Below, one piece after another: positions 39,073 through 52,925 of a stretch of DNA of 64,000 nt. The position numbers and the translations under genes are program-made. The notes below the pieces were generated by a model. The model searched no databases, was not told the origin of the DNA, and was given only the letters and a program-made list of their open reading frames with translations. Source of the DNA: Yuukianura sp. NJ FZ-2021 (taxonomy: Eukaryota); assembly GCA_046563655.1 (NCBI GenBank), contig CM102287.1:6262001-6326000 (forward strand). The letters run 5' to 3'. The stretch's first letter is position 1. Every line of letters begins with the position of its first letter.

Positions 39073-40318
39073 ATGGCAAAACTTGAAATTTTGGATTGTT
39101 CTGAAATTTCGGGAAATTTAGAAGATATTAAAAGCAGCAAAAAGTTTCAGAACTTTGCACAAAAATTGGGAACCGCAATGACGGAGACTGGATTTGTTTA
39201 CTTGATAAATCACGATTTAGACGATAAAGTGGTGAGAAATTTTTTTCCTTTCAAAATTTTTGTTTTTCAAAAATAATTTCAAATTTTTCCGAATTTGTTC
39301 CATTAGGTTGAGGAAATATTTTCAAAATCGCAAGATTTCTTTCGGTTACCCAACGCAGTGAAGTCAAAATATTTGAAAAGAAATCCGGCCGAAAATTTTC
39401 ATGGCTACTCTTCAGCAGGCCAGGAAAAGTAAGACAAAATTCTACACGCTGAATTGAAAACAATTTTTGATCAATTTTTATTATACTTTTCAAAAAAAAA
39501 TATTTCAGGGTTAGTTATGTGGAGGGCCTGTACAAGGACCACGATGTGACTGATTTCAAAGAATGCTTCGATTGTTGGGGAACGCTTGCGCACGACAATT
39601 CAAATTTTCCCGCCGAAATCCCTGGTTTCAAAACCAGCGTTGACCTTTTCCGCTCTTCGCTGGTTGACCTCGCTTCCAAAATACTTTACGCCTTTGCCAC
39701 ATTTTTAAATCTAGAAGACGGTGATTTCTTTTTCAAGCAGCACCAAGCACTTTTCGCAAATCCAACCATCAAATCTCATAATTTCATAAGGTCCAACTAC
39801 TATTTTCCGATTGATTCCGAACTCGTTCCGACCATTAACCGAGACGACCTGCGACTCGGAGAACACTGTGATGTTGACACTATGTCGTTTCTAGTGCAAG
39901 ATGCCGTCGGAGGGTTGGAGGCTAAGCATCCCACGGCGGGCTGGATTCAAGTCACTCCCATCCCTGGCTCAATCGTCCTCAATGTTGGATCTGTCATGGA
40001 AGTTTGGTCTGGCGGAAATTTACTGTCCACTGTAAGAAACTCCAAAATTCAATTTCGAAATTCCCGAAAGCTTTCATTATGTTTTGTCTAAACATTTGAT
40101 GTTTTCAGCCACATCGTGTCCGTCTAATGCCTGGCACCTCGAATGTTGCTAGGCAAAGTGCTGCTCTGTTTGTGCAACCGGATGGACATGTCAAATTTTC
40201 TCCAGTTGTACCGGAGAAGGCGGATTGGATACCTTCTGTTGTACAAGATGATCCAGAAATTCCGCATTTTCAGTTCTTCAGTAACGTTATTAAGCAAGTA
40301 ATGCCAGGAGCATACTAG
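39073..40318 (+). CDS. 2-oxoglutarate/Fe(II) dioxygenase of the IPNS-like (DIOX_N + 2OG-FeII_Oxy) fold, 4 exons
   Basis: GFVYLINH N-terminal motif, EHCD (HxD), distal HRV and RQS (RxS) motifs; TATA at ~38947. Confidence 0.88.
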
Positions 40319-40888
40319 GTTGTTACATAAGTAAATATAACAACGCAAAATGCCTGAAGCCTGATACATAGACTGTTGTGAGCCAAAGTGCTGAAAGTGT
40401 ATAAATTAACTTCTTTTTCCAGGATACTGAGAATTTAAAGTCAACTAAAATCGGCAACTTACACAAACCCTCCAGAATTTTTAAATGAAAAAAAAAATGA
40501 GAGATGTTGCTCTCCTTGAAGAGTATTTCTATGCCTGGTGATTTTTGGAGGTTTCAGCAAAAACTAGTTAGGTTACAAAGTTCCAAAAGTTCAATGTTCA
40601 AGGCTGGCTGGAGCGAAATGACAAGAACGATTTGCAGTTGCAGTTGACAATTGCACGGATATGGGGCGAAGCCCCAGCAAGAATACGAAGCAATTCTGGT
40701 TACTCCTAAATTGTAGGAACAAGTACAGGCTTTAATTCTATGGCAGCAACTCAGCTATAGTCACTAAAACCTGACAAAATGGAACAACTTTTAATTCATC
40801 TTTATAATTAAGTTATAAATTGAAAATTAAACTTCACTTTCTCCACTAATTAACCAATTTCAAAACAATAATACATCACTACAAAGTA

Positions 40889-43387
40889 TTACGACCCGCC
40901 AGTTGCGTTGTAACCAGCATCTGCACACGATTGCTCATCGTTTCCTGCATCTTCACAATCCTTTACCTTCTTCGGCAAAATAACATCAGCACCATCTTCA
41001 CTTCCGTTTTCTTCCATTTTTCGTTTACCACTGCCTTCTTGTGTAGAACTTTCCCCCGAATCCAACGACGAGTGCTCAGCTTCAGCTTCAAGTATCTCCC
41101 GAAGGGCCATGGTGGCGTAAGATGACGACGGTAAAGAAAACTCAACGATGACACATGTCTTGTCTTTCTCTAAAAGAGAGTTGTTCCTGAGAGAAACTTT
41201 CGGTTTATCCAGCATCAAGTCGTAGTCAGATGGGATAAATTCATCCAGGTTTTCACATTCATTGTAAGGAATGATTTCATGATTGACATTTCCAGGAAGT
41301 ACAACCACTTTTCTGTACGACCCCTTGGGTATCTCTGACCTGTAAACAAAAAAAGTTAGGTAGTCTGACCTTCAACAACAAGTTAGGTGTATAAGATAAT
41401 TGTTTTGTCATTTTGTGTGACTACCTTGGACGGAAGTTGGAGAAGCCCTCAGTTACTTCATTTTCTACCAGCAACTGGTTCCAGAATGGTTTTAAATTGC
41501 ACGAGTCTGGAATCCTGATCAGCGATCCTTCGATAGGTATAATAACGTCAAAAATTGTGTAGTTCCCGAGATCTTCTTCAGTGAGTACTTTCAGTTTCGC
41601 TTCATTTGTATTTGAACCTGCGGACTCTTCAGATTTTCCTAATTCAGCTGTTTTGAAATTATCTTGATTGGAAAATTGCATTTCATCCATAACCATCTCT
41701 GCACTGTCCATTAACAGAGCTTCTGAACTTGCATCCAGAAAAACCAAGTCTCCAACAACTGGTTGTAGTCCATAACGCTGAATTCGATATGAGGCAAGGT
41801 GATTCCAGAGGTAGCTTTGATAAGAATGAAAGTAAAGCGTTCTAGTGTTCCTCGGTAATGTGCAAAATGCTGACCAGAAATCACTGGTAGAATAGAATTT
41901 GGAAAGACCGAAAATCAGAGTCGCTTCAATGGACATGTGATGCTGTGGTAGCTCCATTACAGCTTTTTTCGGATCTCGATTTTCTAGCCACAGCTTTTTA
42001 GCTTTCTTCATGAAATGACGATCTCGTGCCTCATTTGGCTCCAGAATGAGATCGAAGGCCTAGAAACAGAACCCAATGTTGTCAAATGCATCGGGCTTTT
42101 CGAAATTGGAATCATTAGAGACTTGCCTTAAGCCAGTCCATTTGAAGAAGAGCTTTTCCAACCAAATGTGTCGAAGTCTTGAAGCTTCCGAATCTTTGTA
42201 GTCCGAAATAGTTAATAAATCCGTTCTTTGAGAAACTGTCAATTGCAAGTGATATAGTTTCATGTGATTCTGCCTGTACATCTCGAATCAAAATCTTGAA
42301 GTGGTTTCCCTGTAATTGTCCCAAATGTAAAGGTGAGTCCTGGTATGAAAAATTTCCAAGCTTCGAATTGGTTGAACACTGGTTCAGTTCTAGAAGTCGT
42401 TTGGCATCAATGTTAGAAAAGCAAATACGTTGTACAGTCTTGGCCTGCTTGTCTTTTGTTCCAGCAAATGTTATGTGTCTGGAACTAAACCTAATAAGTC
42501 ATAAATCAAATAATTTCTGTTTCACTTCAGCCGAATTTCACGAAAACGTTCAGTTCTGTTACCGTAACTTGCGGCACAAGAAATTGATGGCGTCGAAAGT
42601 GTCAATTCCTTGTTTGTACAAAACACAGTGGGTAAACTTGGCCCTATCATGTGGACGTCTTTCAACGTTGTACTTGCCTAAGTGGAATCCACACGCAAAG
42701 ATTTCAATATTTTGTGTGACTTTAGTGAGATAGTGGTGTTAATTAGTCATCTTTACCTTTCCGAGGTTTTATGGAAACGTGGATATATTTCTCTCCATCT
42801 TTGTCAACCGTTTCTGATTTCAAGTTATCGAACATTCCTATCCAGCGATGAATTTTCGTCCGTGTAGGTTTGTCTGCTGATGTAACCTAATGTTATGAAA
42901 ACAGCTGTTAAAATGTCCGTTAAGGAAAAAAATCAGTACATTTATCCCGAGCTTAATGTCCGCGGATTCCTCGTCGGCTAATTGCAACTTCCGGATTTCA
43001 TCTACGATAGCAGTTGAAAGCCAATCTCGCAAAGTTTCGTCAACTGCTACTTCTTTATCGTCGCCTGCAATTTCAGTCTGTTCGCTCTCACTGGGCAACT
43101 TGAAAGAATTCAAATTGACAAGTACACCATGATGGTCAATTTCATGAACGTGAAAATCCGAGAATCTAGCAGCAATAAACCGTGATCATTTATTTATAAT
43201 GCACTCAATCCCTATGCTTAATGTTTTTGTTACTGGTCACTGGTGTATGTACTACCTACTACAGGTCCGAATTGTCTAACCTTTGCTTCACAAATCCTTT
43301 GAATCTTTTAATCTTGGTTTCAACATCAGTTCCAGAAATCCGGTGTAAAATTCCAACTTCTTCCTCAGATCTTGGGGTGGGGGCCAT
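40889..43387 (-). CDS. PUS7: Pseudouridine synthase 7 (TruD family)
   Basis: KQRFSDFHVHE, AGTKDKQARTVQ catalytic motif, LQGNHFKI, GFINYFGLQRFG, HSYQSYLWN, FSLPSSSYATMALRE. Confidence 0.93.
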
Positions 43388-44831
43388 CCTTAATGAAATT
43401 AAAACTGCATAAGCATAATGACAATGTGCTGGCGAAGGTGATACCGATACGGTAGTCGCCTCGCAGTCTAGTCAGTCAGTAGTTGATCGGATTTAGAAAC
43501 GCCAAGATTTATCTTAACTACATAGTCCTTTATCTTACCTTGTCTTAGGTTAGGTTTCAGTGCAAATAACAATATAATAATGGTGATTACTAATGACTAC
43601 TTTATGACCAATTCAATCACAATCACAATCAAAATGGAAGATAAACAGGGAACGCACGTTGGCGTCGGCACGTAACTTGTTAATAATGTAATTAGAATTA
43701 CAGTTAATTGTGTAGTAAGCAAGGCTTGCTTTCTTAGGTTATGTTATTTTTGAAGCTCCATTCTTAAGTCGTACTAGCAGCCACCTCTGGGTACGACAAA
43801 ATCAGACAAACAGCGTATGGCCTATGTCGGTGTGACAAAACAGAATTCCGATCCGACTACTCGAAGAGTTTCCAGATATAATTGGCAAGTTCATTTAGAA
43901 TCACGCCAACCTTTGACCTTAGAATTCATCAATTTCTAAATTGTGTTAATAATTGTGCAGTGAGGTTAAAGTCTTCTAACAGTAATACATACAAAGTACA
44001 AGTTCATCACTTGCCCAAATCAACTTGTCTTTTATTCTCAACCGGCGAAAAATTTTGTGCAACTGACTGTTTACGTGTTTATAATCCGGAATTTATGAAA
44101 GACGGCAATTTAAATCCCGCCCCGCGGAAATTTAAGTTTGAAATTAGCCTGCACTTTTGCTTTTCAAAAAAAAATCAAATGAATGCAGAATCAGAATGAA
44201 TGTTTTCTTTTTGTTTTTATCAATTTGCAAAAGACTTTTGGTTTCATTGAAAAACTCGCTCATTCTTCCTTATCCAGTGCTTCTTGTTATCTGAAAGAAT
44301 TTAGTTGATAATTTAGACTAAACAGTTATAAATAACAGTGAAACCGTTTGTTTAGATTGTAATGGTAAAGTGGAACTTACGATAAGTAAGTACATTGTTT
44401 ACTCTTTTAAGAAACAGCGACCTTCCTTACCCACTTTCAGTTGTTGTCAACTTGTCGCGCAACTACTTTTATAAGTGTCATTAACCCTCTGTCACCCGGA
44501 CAAGTAAGGGTAATGGATCCATGGTCATCTGATTCGTTGCATAAGTTATTGACCTCAGACATCGATGGATACTGGATTCACTGGATATGCCGTGCTTGAA
44601 TCCGACTACATCGTTGGCACACATCACAACCTTTATACTGTGGAGGAGACGGAGGCGGCGGCGGCGACCGATACTGGAATACAGTATTCCATTAGTTGTA
44701 GCGGCATTGGTATTTGGTGACGGAGATGGAATGGAATTGTTTTGTTTACCCAAAAGAAAGTACTAGACTAACAACTAGCATAATTTAAATTTGTGTATCA
44801 GTTAAGTATTTTTACGGTTTACTGGGGAGGG

Positions 44832-47214
44832 ATGGCTTCGGGGTCAACTTCTTCCTCTCCACCGAGTCCGCCGCCGTCACAATGGCCAGTAGCATTTGAG
44901 CAACTATTAAACTCCTCAACTGGCAAGGATCTGTTCCTAGACTATCTGCGCAATGAAGATGAAGGCTTAAGTTTACCAATGTTATTTCTGCTGGCTGTTG
45001 AAGGTCTTAAAGTCGAAGGTAAACACTATATAATTTGTACTATATAGGAATCAGTCGTGAAACTCAACTTTCTTGATACATGTTTTGTTTGTTTTCCAGT
45101 TGCAGAAGGGGCCAGTGAAGATCAGAAGATTATAAACTCCATAAATGTCATTTATCAGCAGTTGCTTCCATCCGTCTCCTGTCTTACCGAAAAAATATCG
45201 GATGATATTGGAGACAGAATTTCCGACCCGGACGTTGATGTTACCATTTACGATGAAGCGGTGGAGGAAGTTAAAGAATACCTTAGCAGAGATCTATATC
45301 CAAACTTTCTGAAGTCGGATTTCTACTTAGCTGCTATCGATCAGGAATTCGGGCTTGGTGGTGGCGAACCACCTCCTACCGCAACCGCGGCTGCTGAAAC
45401 CGTTTCGTATCAAGTGCCATCAACTAGTAGCGCAGTTCCAGGACCGAGTAGTTCCGCAATGTCACAACCGGAAGCATCGCATCGTTTCAGAGACCTTTTA
45501 ACCGTTGACGAAAACGAGGTTGTGGTGTCCTTCAAGCGTCCGAAAGCCTTCCAGCTAACGGAGGACCGCATTTTAATATCACAATACCACCGCGCCAAGA
45601 AAGGAACCAAAACAGGGCAGCTCAATCCTTACCATGCTCAATACTCTAGCTACAATCCTGTGTCACGTCAGGATTCTGAGATTCAGAGTATTAGTTCAGG
45701 GTGTACTGATGAGTCAATGTAAGAACTTTGAATTTACTTACAATTTATGTATAGAAATGAATTACTTGAATCGTTAAATTCAAATTACATAAACTTTTAT
45801 TTAGTGGGAAGAGTCGCGCACGAGTTCGAGCAACAACCCAGGACAATCTTCCGCGCCTGGCTATGTATAATCCTCCTAAGCGGGAAGACTATGACAAGCA
45901 TCACGTAGCAGAGGCAGATCCGGCACAGTTCGCTGCTCAACTAATGTTGAAACTAGAAGTTGTAGCCCGAATGACCACAGAAGAAAGGGTTCCAAAGCAT
46001 AAGTTCGATTTTGAAGGGCATCAGCTCAAATCGAATCAAAATCGGGCTATGAAGCAAAATATTTTTGGGACCGGAATTGACAATAAAGCATTGACAACAC
46101 ACTTGAAGAAATTAGAAGAATCAAGTCACCTTGAGCCAACTCGTTATTTCGGAGAAGAGCCAGAAGAAGTTCAAGCCATCCTGGGTTAGTTGATTTACTC
46201 AAACAACTTTTAACTAATAAAATTTGAATCGTTAATTCTTTGATTCAGATCAACATGTCCGACGGGTTTGGAAGGATTCTACGACTCCAGAATTTAGCCG
46301 CTCTCCGCGAAATGAGGCCATCGTCGTGGATTCCAGAAAGTCGAGAAAAAGCCATCACACTGCCGCACCTCAGTTTCATGCTGCTGCTGCTGCAACTGCT
46401 CTTGTAAAGGTAAGTACGAAAAGTGATCTTATACTGTCGGCATCCTTAAGAAAACTGTCAATTTTCAATTGACTCAGCAGTATCAGATCGTCAATTGTAT
46501 TAAAAAACTTAACTAACATATTCCAGGGAAAATCAATGCAGACGCTGGATTCTGGTATTGGTGGTGATAAAGAATACCGCAGCTACAAACCCCGTCCACC
46601 CGCTCCAATGCCAAGATGGACCAATAAGCAATTCATTGACCCAGCCGGAGGTGACGGTGGAAAAAGTTCTGCTTGGGACGTGGGCTTTGGGCAGACGAAT
46701 CTCGAAAGGTGAGCATATGAGTTCGTATCATATTTTTGAAGCAAATTGAAACAATTGTATTCTGTTGTTAGAACCAAATCTGGAGATTTGCCATTTCGTG
46801 GCGGACCACCACCCATGGGAGGACCTGTTCAACCTTTACCACACCGACGTCACTCTCCGCCAAGTGGAGATGATGCTGTCAGTGTTCTGGTCCACTATGA
46901 ATTTGAACATGAAAAACCGTTCCTCATCAAAATTGCAAAGAACAAACTGACTCTTGGATACCTGAAGTCTAAGGTGCCGAAGAAAGGGAACTGGAAGTAT
47001 CTATTTAAATTGGGCGATGCAGATGATAGGAACAAGCTGATTAATTACGAACTCAAGCGAGATGAAGAGGTTAGAGTAATATTTTGAATCTTGATTATTG
47101 TAGATTACTATAATGCAATTTTTTGGAATCTAGATCCTGCCAATGTTTCGTGACGAGTGTGTTATTGTTATACTCAAATCTATACAACCGCCAGAGATGA
47201 GCAATGTAGTTTAA
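44832..47214 (+). CDS. Axn: Axin (Wnt destruction-complex scaffold)
   Basis: N-terminal RGS domain (LL...GKDLFLDYL; YPNFLKSDFY), NPYH..YNPVSRQDSE, GSK3-binding PAQFAAQLMLKLE, beta-catenin-binding ILDQHVRRVW, C-terminal DIX (LTLGYLK..KKGNWKYLFK..LP). Confidence 0.9.
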
Positions 47215-47838
47215 TCGACGGTGACAGCTTAATTATGAAACGGAAACCTCAAACGCGCTACAAGCCTGCCACTAGGATTGTTATTCTTGGAATTCTTTGA
47301 TGGTTGGCCGGTGACTTTACAAAGATGACTCGGATTGTGTTCGTCATCATCGTGCAAAAGAATGGCAGAATCCAGGCCACAGCTTCTACTTAACTCAAAT
47401 ATCTGTACAAAACTGAGAATGGAGAACAGGGAATGCGCTTGTACCTGGAGAGAAGGTAGGTTCGAAGAAAGTGTTCATTAATACATTTACTAAAAATCAA
47501 GTTTAGAAACCATAACAAGCCAGATTTTCTTTTCTTGGCCGCATTTTACCATACCCAATCCTCAACACAACAAAACTTTTGAAATGAAATCAAAATTTTT
47601 GGTACCGAGAGGATGTTATTGATCAAATTAGACAAAGTTACTATTTGGCATTTTTATATTTTGTAACATTTCTAAGAAACCTCAACTGACAAAATGAAAG
47701 CAACACAGATCATGCAAATAAAATACAAAGTAACTTTTATTTTTATGTGTTGGAGCGATTGACGAGCATCATGAGGGTCACTGCTTTTAAACAGAAAAGA
47801 AAACTTAAGTACTATTCCTGTTTTAAGAAGTATTCTGT

Positions 47839-49961
47839 TTATACTGCATTAATCGAAGTATTTCTAAGATGTGTGTCAATGACGATCTGCGTATGTGGAT
47901 CTATGAGGGGGTATGGGAACCGGATGCCTGAGGGGTAAATGGGTTCGGGTTGCTGGAATCGTGGGGTAACACTAACGTTGTCTGCAGTCGATGGAGTCAA
48001 GTACTCTGGCTGTCCAGCATGCACCCACCAAGCACCTTCTTCTTCACCTTCGCCAGTTTCGGAATCACCAACCTTCGATTCTGATGCGACATCTTCGGTT
48101 TCTTGTGTTGATCCAAGAGTCACTGGAGGTTGCCCATTGGTAAGAACCGTATCTGGGCGGGGCTGGTTAAGCCTGGATACGAACACTGGGGCATTGGAAT
48201 CCGATGGTGACGATTCTACGACATCCGGAACAGCGAAAATACCTGAGAAGTAAACGCTTGCTGAAGTGGGATCCCGAATTTCAAAATAAAATGAGCGATT
48301 GGCTATGAATTCTTCAGCGATGAAGCCACTTAGCGGGACAACGAAGACTCCAGTGGCACTTCCAGCTTTGGTTCCATTTTCACCCACTTCAATAACACTT
48401 TTGGAAATAATTTCGTCTACACGTAGCGGCTTCTTGGAAATTTTGCTCAAATTGGATGTCGATTTCGTTAGAGACGTAAGTCCAAGCTATCAAATGTACA
48501 AATACGAATGCTCATTTTGAGAAATGCTATAAATATGTTGAATAACCTTTAAATCCTAACCTTCTCCAGGGCACTGGTGACCTTGATTTGTGTTTCAATC
48601 TTGAACTTTGGAATGGTGACTTCACTTTCGGACAATTTGAAAGAAATTGCACTGGAATTGTACGTTTGAAGACGCTTGAGAAGAGTTGGCAATCCATCGA
48701 ACTTGTTTGGAAGATAAATCCGCAAAACTTTGGTGTAAGACTGTGAGAACAGCAAAGTAGGATTTAGATTTTTGAATAAGATTTTTGACTTTTTCTAAAA
48801 TGATCTATGAAACTGATTTTCTTAGTAGGTTGCCGCAATGAAGAAACTGATTGCAAACCTTATAAGGAAGTTCCAGAACAGTTGCATCAAGGTCGTTGAC
48901 GTTTGCAATGTAGTTGCTGCTCTTCTGGTACATCATTGGAATTTCCTGGACACTTCCGTCCAATAGTGTGAACGGAATATTTCTGAATGTTATTTGGAAC
49001 GCATGCTCCCAAGGTGCCTAAAACAAAAGATTTTAAATGAAAACTTAAATACTTGACTAACTTTAACTGTTTAGTTGTGTGGACTTTTAGATTTACGTCG
49101 AAGTGCACTGCGTTGATGATGACCATGTCAGTGTCCTTGCGCAGAGACGTGGGACCTATGAGGTCTTGGATGAGGCCGTTTGTGGCATTCTTGATAAAGT
49201 CATTGATGGCTTCGTAGTCTCTAAAGTCAAACTGGTCACGCAAGATCACTTTTGACTTGTTCAGTGCTTCCTTAAACTCTGGCAGAAGAACGAGGTCCAC
49301 AGCGGTGAAGACGACGGTCAAGCTTGAAATGTCGGCAGCAGGCTGAAACAACCAAAAGATTTTTTTGCAATATGAACCCCGAAACTTCTCCTCGCTTTTC
49401 GTTTGAAATTCTAGATTTTTGAAAAATTCAAAGCCTTTTCACCTTTGGATCATCCACTGCTCGCTGATTCTCAAATTCTTTGAGGTATGAGTCCAATTCA
49501 CGATAAGTTTGACTGTCAGCCCCAAGTTTCAGTGGCACAAGAGCGGAATTAACAGAGAAGGGTGAAATTACTTTGTTTCCATCCAATGTTAAGAAGATCT
49601 GAAAACGAAAATTTTCACTTTTCCAATCATGCAACTTAAATTTTTAGAACATCGCTTCGGGCGACTTTCTCAAAATATACGAAACTAAGTTTTCGTTTAC
49701 TAACGGATTCCAGTGTTTCTGTGCTGGATTCAACGAATGTTGCATTCGCCGCTGCGTCTGGAGCGTCTTTTGCCGCAGCACTCACGAACATAAGAATACC
49801 TTGAAGAAAATCGTCAATATAGCGCTTTATTTACCAATTTCAAAAAAAAATCCGAAATTTTGAATACCGAATGTAGATTTGAATAATAAGTGTGAATGAC
49901 ACTTTTGTTTTGTTTGTAGCTTACACACGAAGCCGGGCGGCAGGGTCTTGCGATTGAACAT
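47839..49961 (-). CDS. Serpin with long C-terminal extension
   Basis: ISPFSV, INDFIKNATNGLI, IINAVHF, IPKFKIE, hinge EVGENGTKAGSAT, FIANRSFYFEIRD; start codon inferred from splice phase. Confidence 0.88.
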
Positions 49962-50859
49962 AATCAATTGATCCTTGTTACGATTATTGGAACTTTTTTG
50001 ATTTTGGTGTAGTTTTCAACACAGTTTTTCCTTAATAATTCTTGGGTCGTATATAACAATTGAGGTTTGTATTACTAGATAGTTGCTGAAATTGTTGATT
50101 TACTGACGTAGGAAGACAAGAAGTTTATAAGAGGCGTAATGAAGTGACTGACGGGCAAAAAATACAAAAAAGTGGTTAGAGCTGAAGGTGTGCAAGTTTT
50201 CGTTCCTTTTTGACGGAGATTTGGAATTGTGCAGTAAATGACGACGTACCAAAAAGCAATTTTAGTATTTAGTCGCTGTGTATTTTAGTATACACTTTGG
50301 ATTTTTGGGGAATTTGAGTTGAACAGAATTTCTTTGGAATTTTGAACAAGTGGAAGCTTTGATTATTCTTGCCTTTCCCCTTTCTTTTCTTAGGAAAAAA
50401 AGCAACAAAAGATTTGAAAACGGGAATAAATTGGGAAAACAAGACAACTTTGCCTTGTTTCAAAATTCATTCCGTGTTGTTGTGAACCTGCAACTTTGGA
50501 CTTTATTTTGTACTTTTAAATCGGAATGTTGTTTGGTAACACACAGGTTTGATTGCAAGTTTTGGAACAAATTTTTTGTACTTGCAAAAAGCACTTTACA
50601 AAGTAACAGTAAAAATATTACTCCGAAGAATAGTAGCAAAGCAACTTGCTACTCAATTTGCAAAAAATGCTATGCAATAATGCAATGAAAGCCATTTTGC
50701 AGTAATACCGTAATGGTGGTGGCAAGTGGTAGGTTCAAACGCGATTCCAAAACTTGTTGCTGGTGAGTGACAAAGTTTAACTTTAATGTACTATGTTTGC
50801 ATTGAATTGAGTTGTCCTGACCAAAGCATAAAACTAAAGCTATCGGGACATTTTATGAG

Positions 50860-52162
50860 TCATTTGATTACTTCGGTTATTGAAACTGGAAGAGTTCTTC
50901 GGTTGGGGCAACTGAGTTTGGTCCGTAGAGTAATCCCTGGAGAACCATTCCAAAATTGACAGGCCAATCGTACCAGTAATACTCGAAAGACATTTCTGCC
51001 ACGATCTCCTCCAACCCTCTGATTTTTCTTGCCTGCAAGGTATTAAATTAGGTCACTGCTTAGGCGGATTTTGGTTTGTATTGTGACAACTGTAAAAATT
51101 AAAAGTTGGGTATAAACTCACCCCAACAATCATATCTGCAGATCCACATGAAATCATAGCCATTGCATACACACACCAACAAGCCAATCTCTTCTTCACG
51201 TCCACGTGGGTCATATGCTGGTAAAGTACTTTGGTTCCGTGTGATTTGTTAAACTGAAAGAACACATTCAGGGTAATTAACTCAAGTAATTGTTAAAATG
51301 AATGTATAGAATTGATGTTTGTTTTTGCGGTTGCTTAATTTGTTTCAAGTCTGACCTTGTCTTTAAGTCCAACCGATGTCCAGCACATTTCAGTGAGACT
51401 TTTTAGCAAGTTTATGTGGAACTGTTCCTGGAAATGCTTTCGGTTCAAAAGCCAGACCAGAAGAGGTATGGCTCCTTCGGCTAGTCGCTGAGACTTTGCA
51501 GTTCCATAGTAGGCATTTCGACATAGTTTCATAAATGCTTCCTCCAAAACTTCCAAATTTGTGTCCACAGTTGGCCTGTCGTCGTCGTAAAGGAAACGCA
51601 AAACACGTTAGGTTGTGTGGTAGGGACTTTACAATTGGAAAATTTACGTCGAAGGCAAATTCCGGCACTCGTCGATGAGTATCTTTCGATATCTTCGCAC
51701 TTCATCATTGTAACGATCCAGTGCAGTAATATCCAATTCAATTTCTTCCTGATTTTTACTTTTTGGCACTTCGTCCTCGAACTTGTACTCTTCTAGGTTG
51801 AGAGACGCCGAAAATATAGAAAACTCGGAGGGAGTCACTATATCAGAAAAGGCCAAACAAACCGGATTAGATTGGAAGATCAGATAAGATTCGCACGATT
51901 TTATGTGTGACAGCATTAGATCTTCTTTTTAGTGCTTACAATCGTTTTTAAGATTTGGTTGCTCAGAGCGTCGTTTGTTGACAACGGGCATAAAGTAATT
52001 CGGAATTCCTGTCCCAATGGTTGGTTCTATTAAATACAAAAAGTGTGTGTTTAAAGTTTGCAAAGCTTGTGATTAGCGATTTAGCTGTCATTTAAACTTT
52101 AAATAGATGTTTTTCGAACTTGGTGGAACATAGCTCGTGCGTCTCCTTCTCATTTCATCCAT
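50860..52162 (-). CDS. Armadillo-like helical protein resembling ARMH2
   Basis: Five short GT-AG introns join exons in frame; ARM-like EGAIPLLVWLL; LACWCVYAMAMISC and C-terminal WYDWPVNFGMVLQGLL recall the ARMH2 C-terminus (from memory, not searched). Confidence 0.55.
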
Positions 52163-52789
52163 GACTGATTTGTTAGGCCAACAGTCTGTAGATCACTCCG
52201 AATTGTGTTCTCAAGTTGTAGTTCGCTTGAAGATTTTCTGGATCTCCTTTGAATGTTTGAACTCGTAAGCTTCTTATTAGTTGGGCCACAATCCTGTATG
52301 CAACCAGCTTTCTCCCGTTGCACAGTGGATGTTTTTTTTATTATTTGGTTCTCAGGGAATCAAATAAATTTTGTAAACAAACTAACTTATCAGTGTCATT
52401 TTGACCCAAAAATTGAGGTACCGATTGATTTTTTGCCTGGAAATGCCTGACCCTCTAATGACAAACCGAAGAGTGATTAGCGTTCTGAAAGACTTGAACT
52501 TCAACATTTTGAGGTGCAAATCGGTGAATATTGCTTAATTAATGAACAAGGCTTATCCAAAGTAGTTCCAAATTTTTGTTTATTTTATTGGTTGCAATAA
52601 TCATAATTTGCGAACTTGTAATTTCGCTTTCATAACTTGATGTTATGTTGAGATTTGGCGTCACCACGGTGGACGCGCCAAATACATACTTTCAAAAAAT
52701 CTGAAATTTCAAACCATTCTTTGTCTTTTGTCTGTATTGTCGGTCGTCAAAAAGTCCAAGTCGTTTTTCGAGCCAGTCACAAGTTAGTT

Positions 52790-52925
52790 AAAGTCATCCA
52801 TCAGTTAGTAAAAGTCATCAGTTGGTCAAAGTCATCAGTTGGTCAAAGTCATCAGTTGGTCAAAGTCATCAGTTGGTCAAAGTCATCAGTTGGTCAAAGT
52901 CATCAGTTGGTCTAAGTCATCATTC
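52790..52925. repeat. 17-bp minisatellite (aaagtcatcagttggtc), about 6 near-perfect copies plus degenerate flanks
   Basis: Period 17 read directly from 52811 onward. Confidence 0.95.

Noticed and set aside
52790..52925. Regular repeats as a CRISPR array or coding ORF
   Set aside because: Head-to-tail units with no spacers, eukaryotic context and no cas genes
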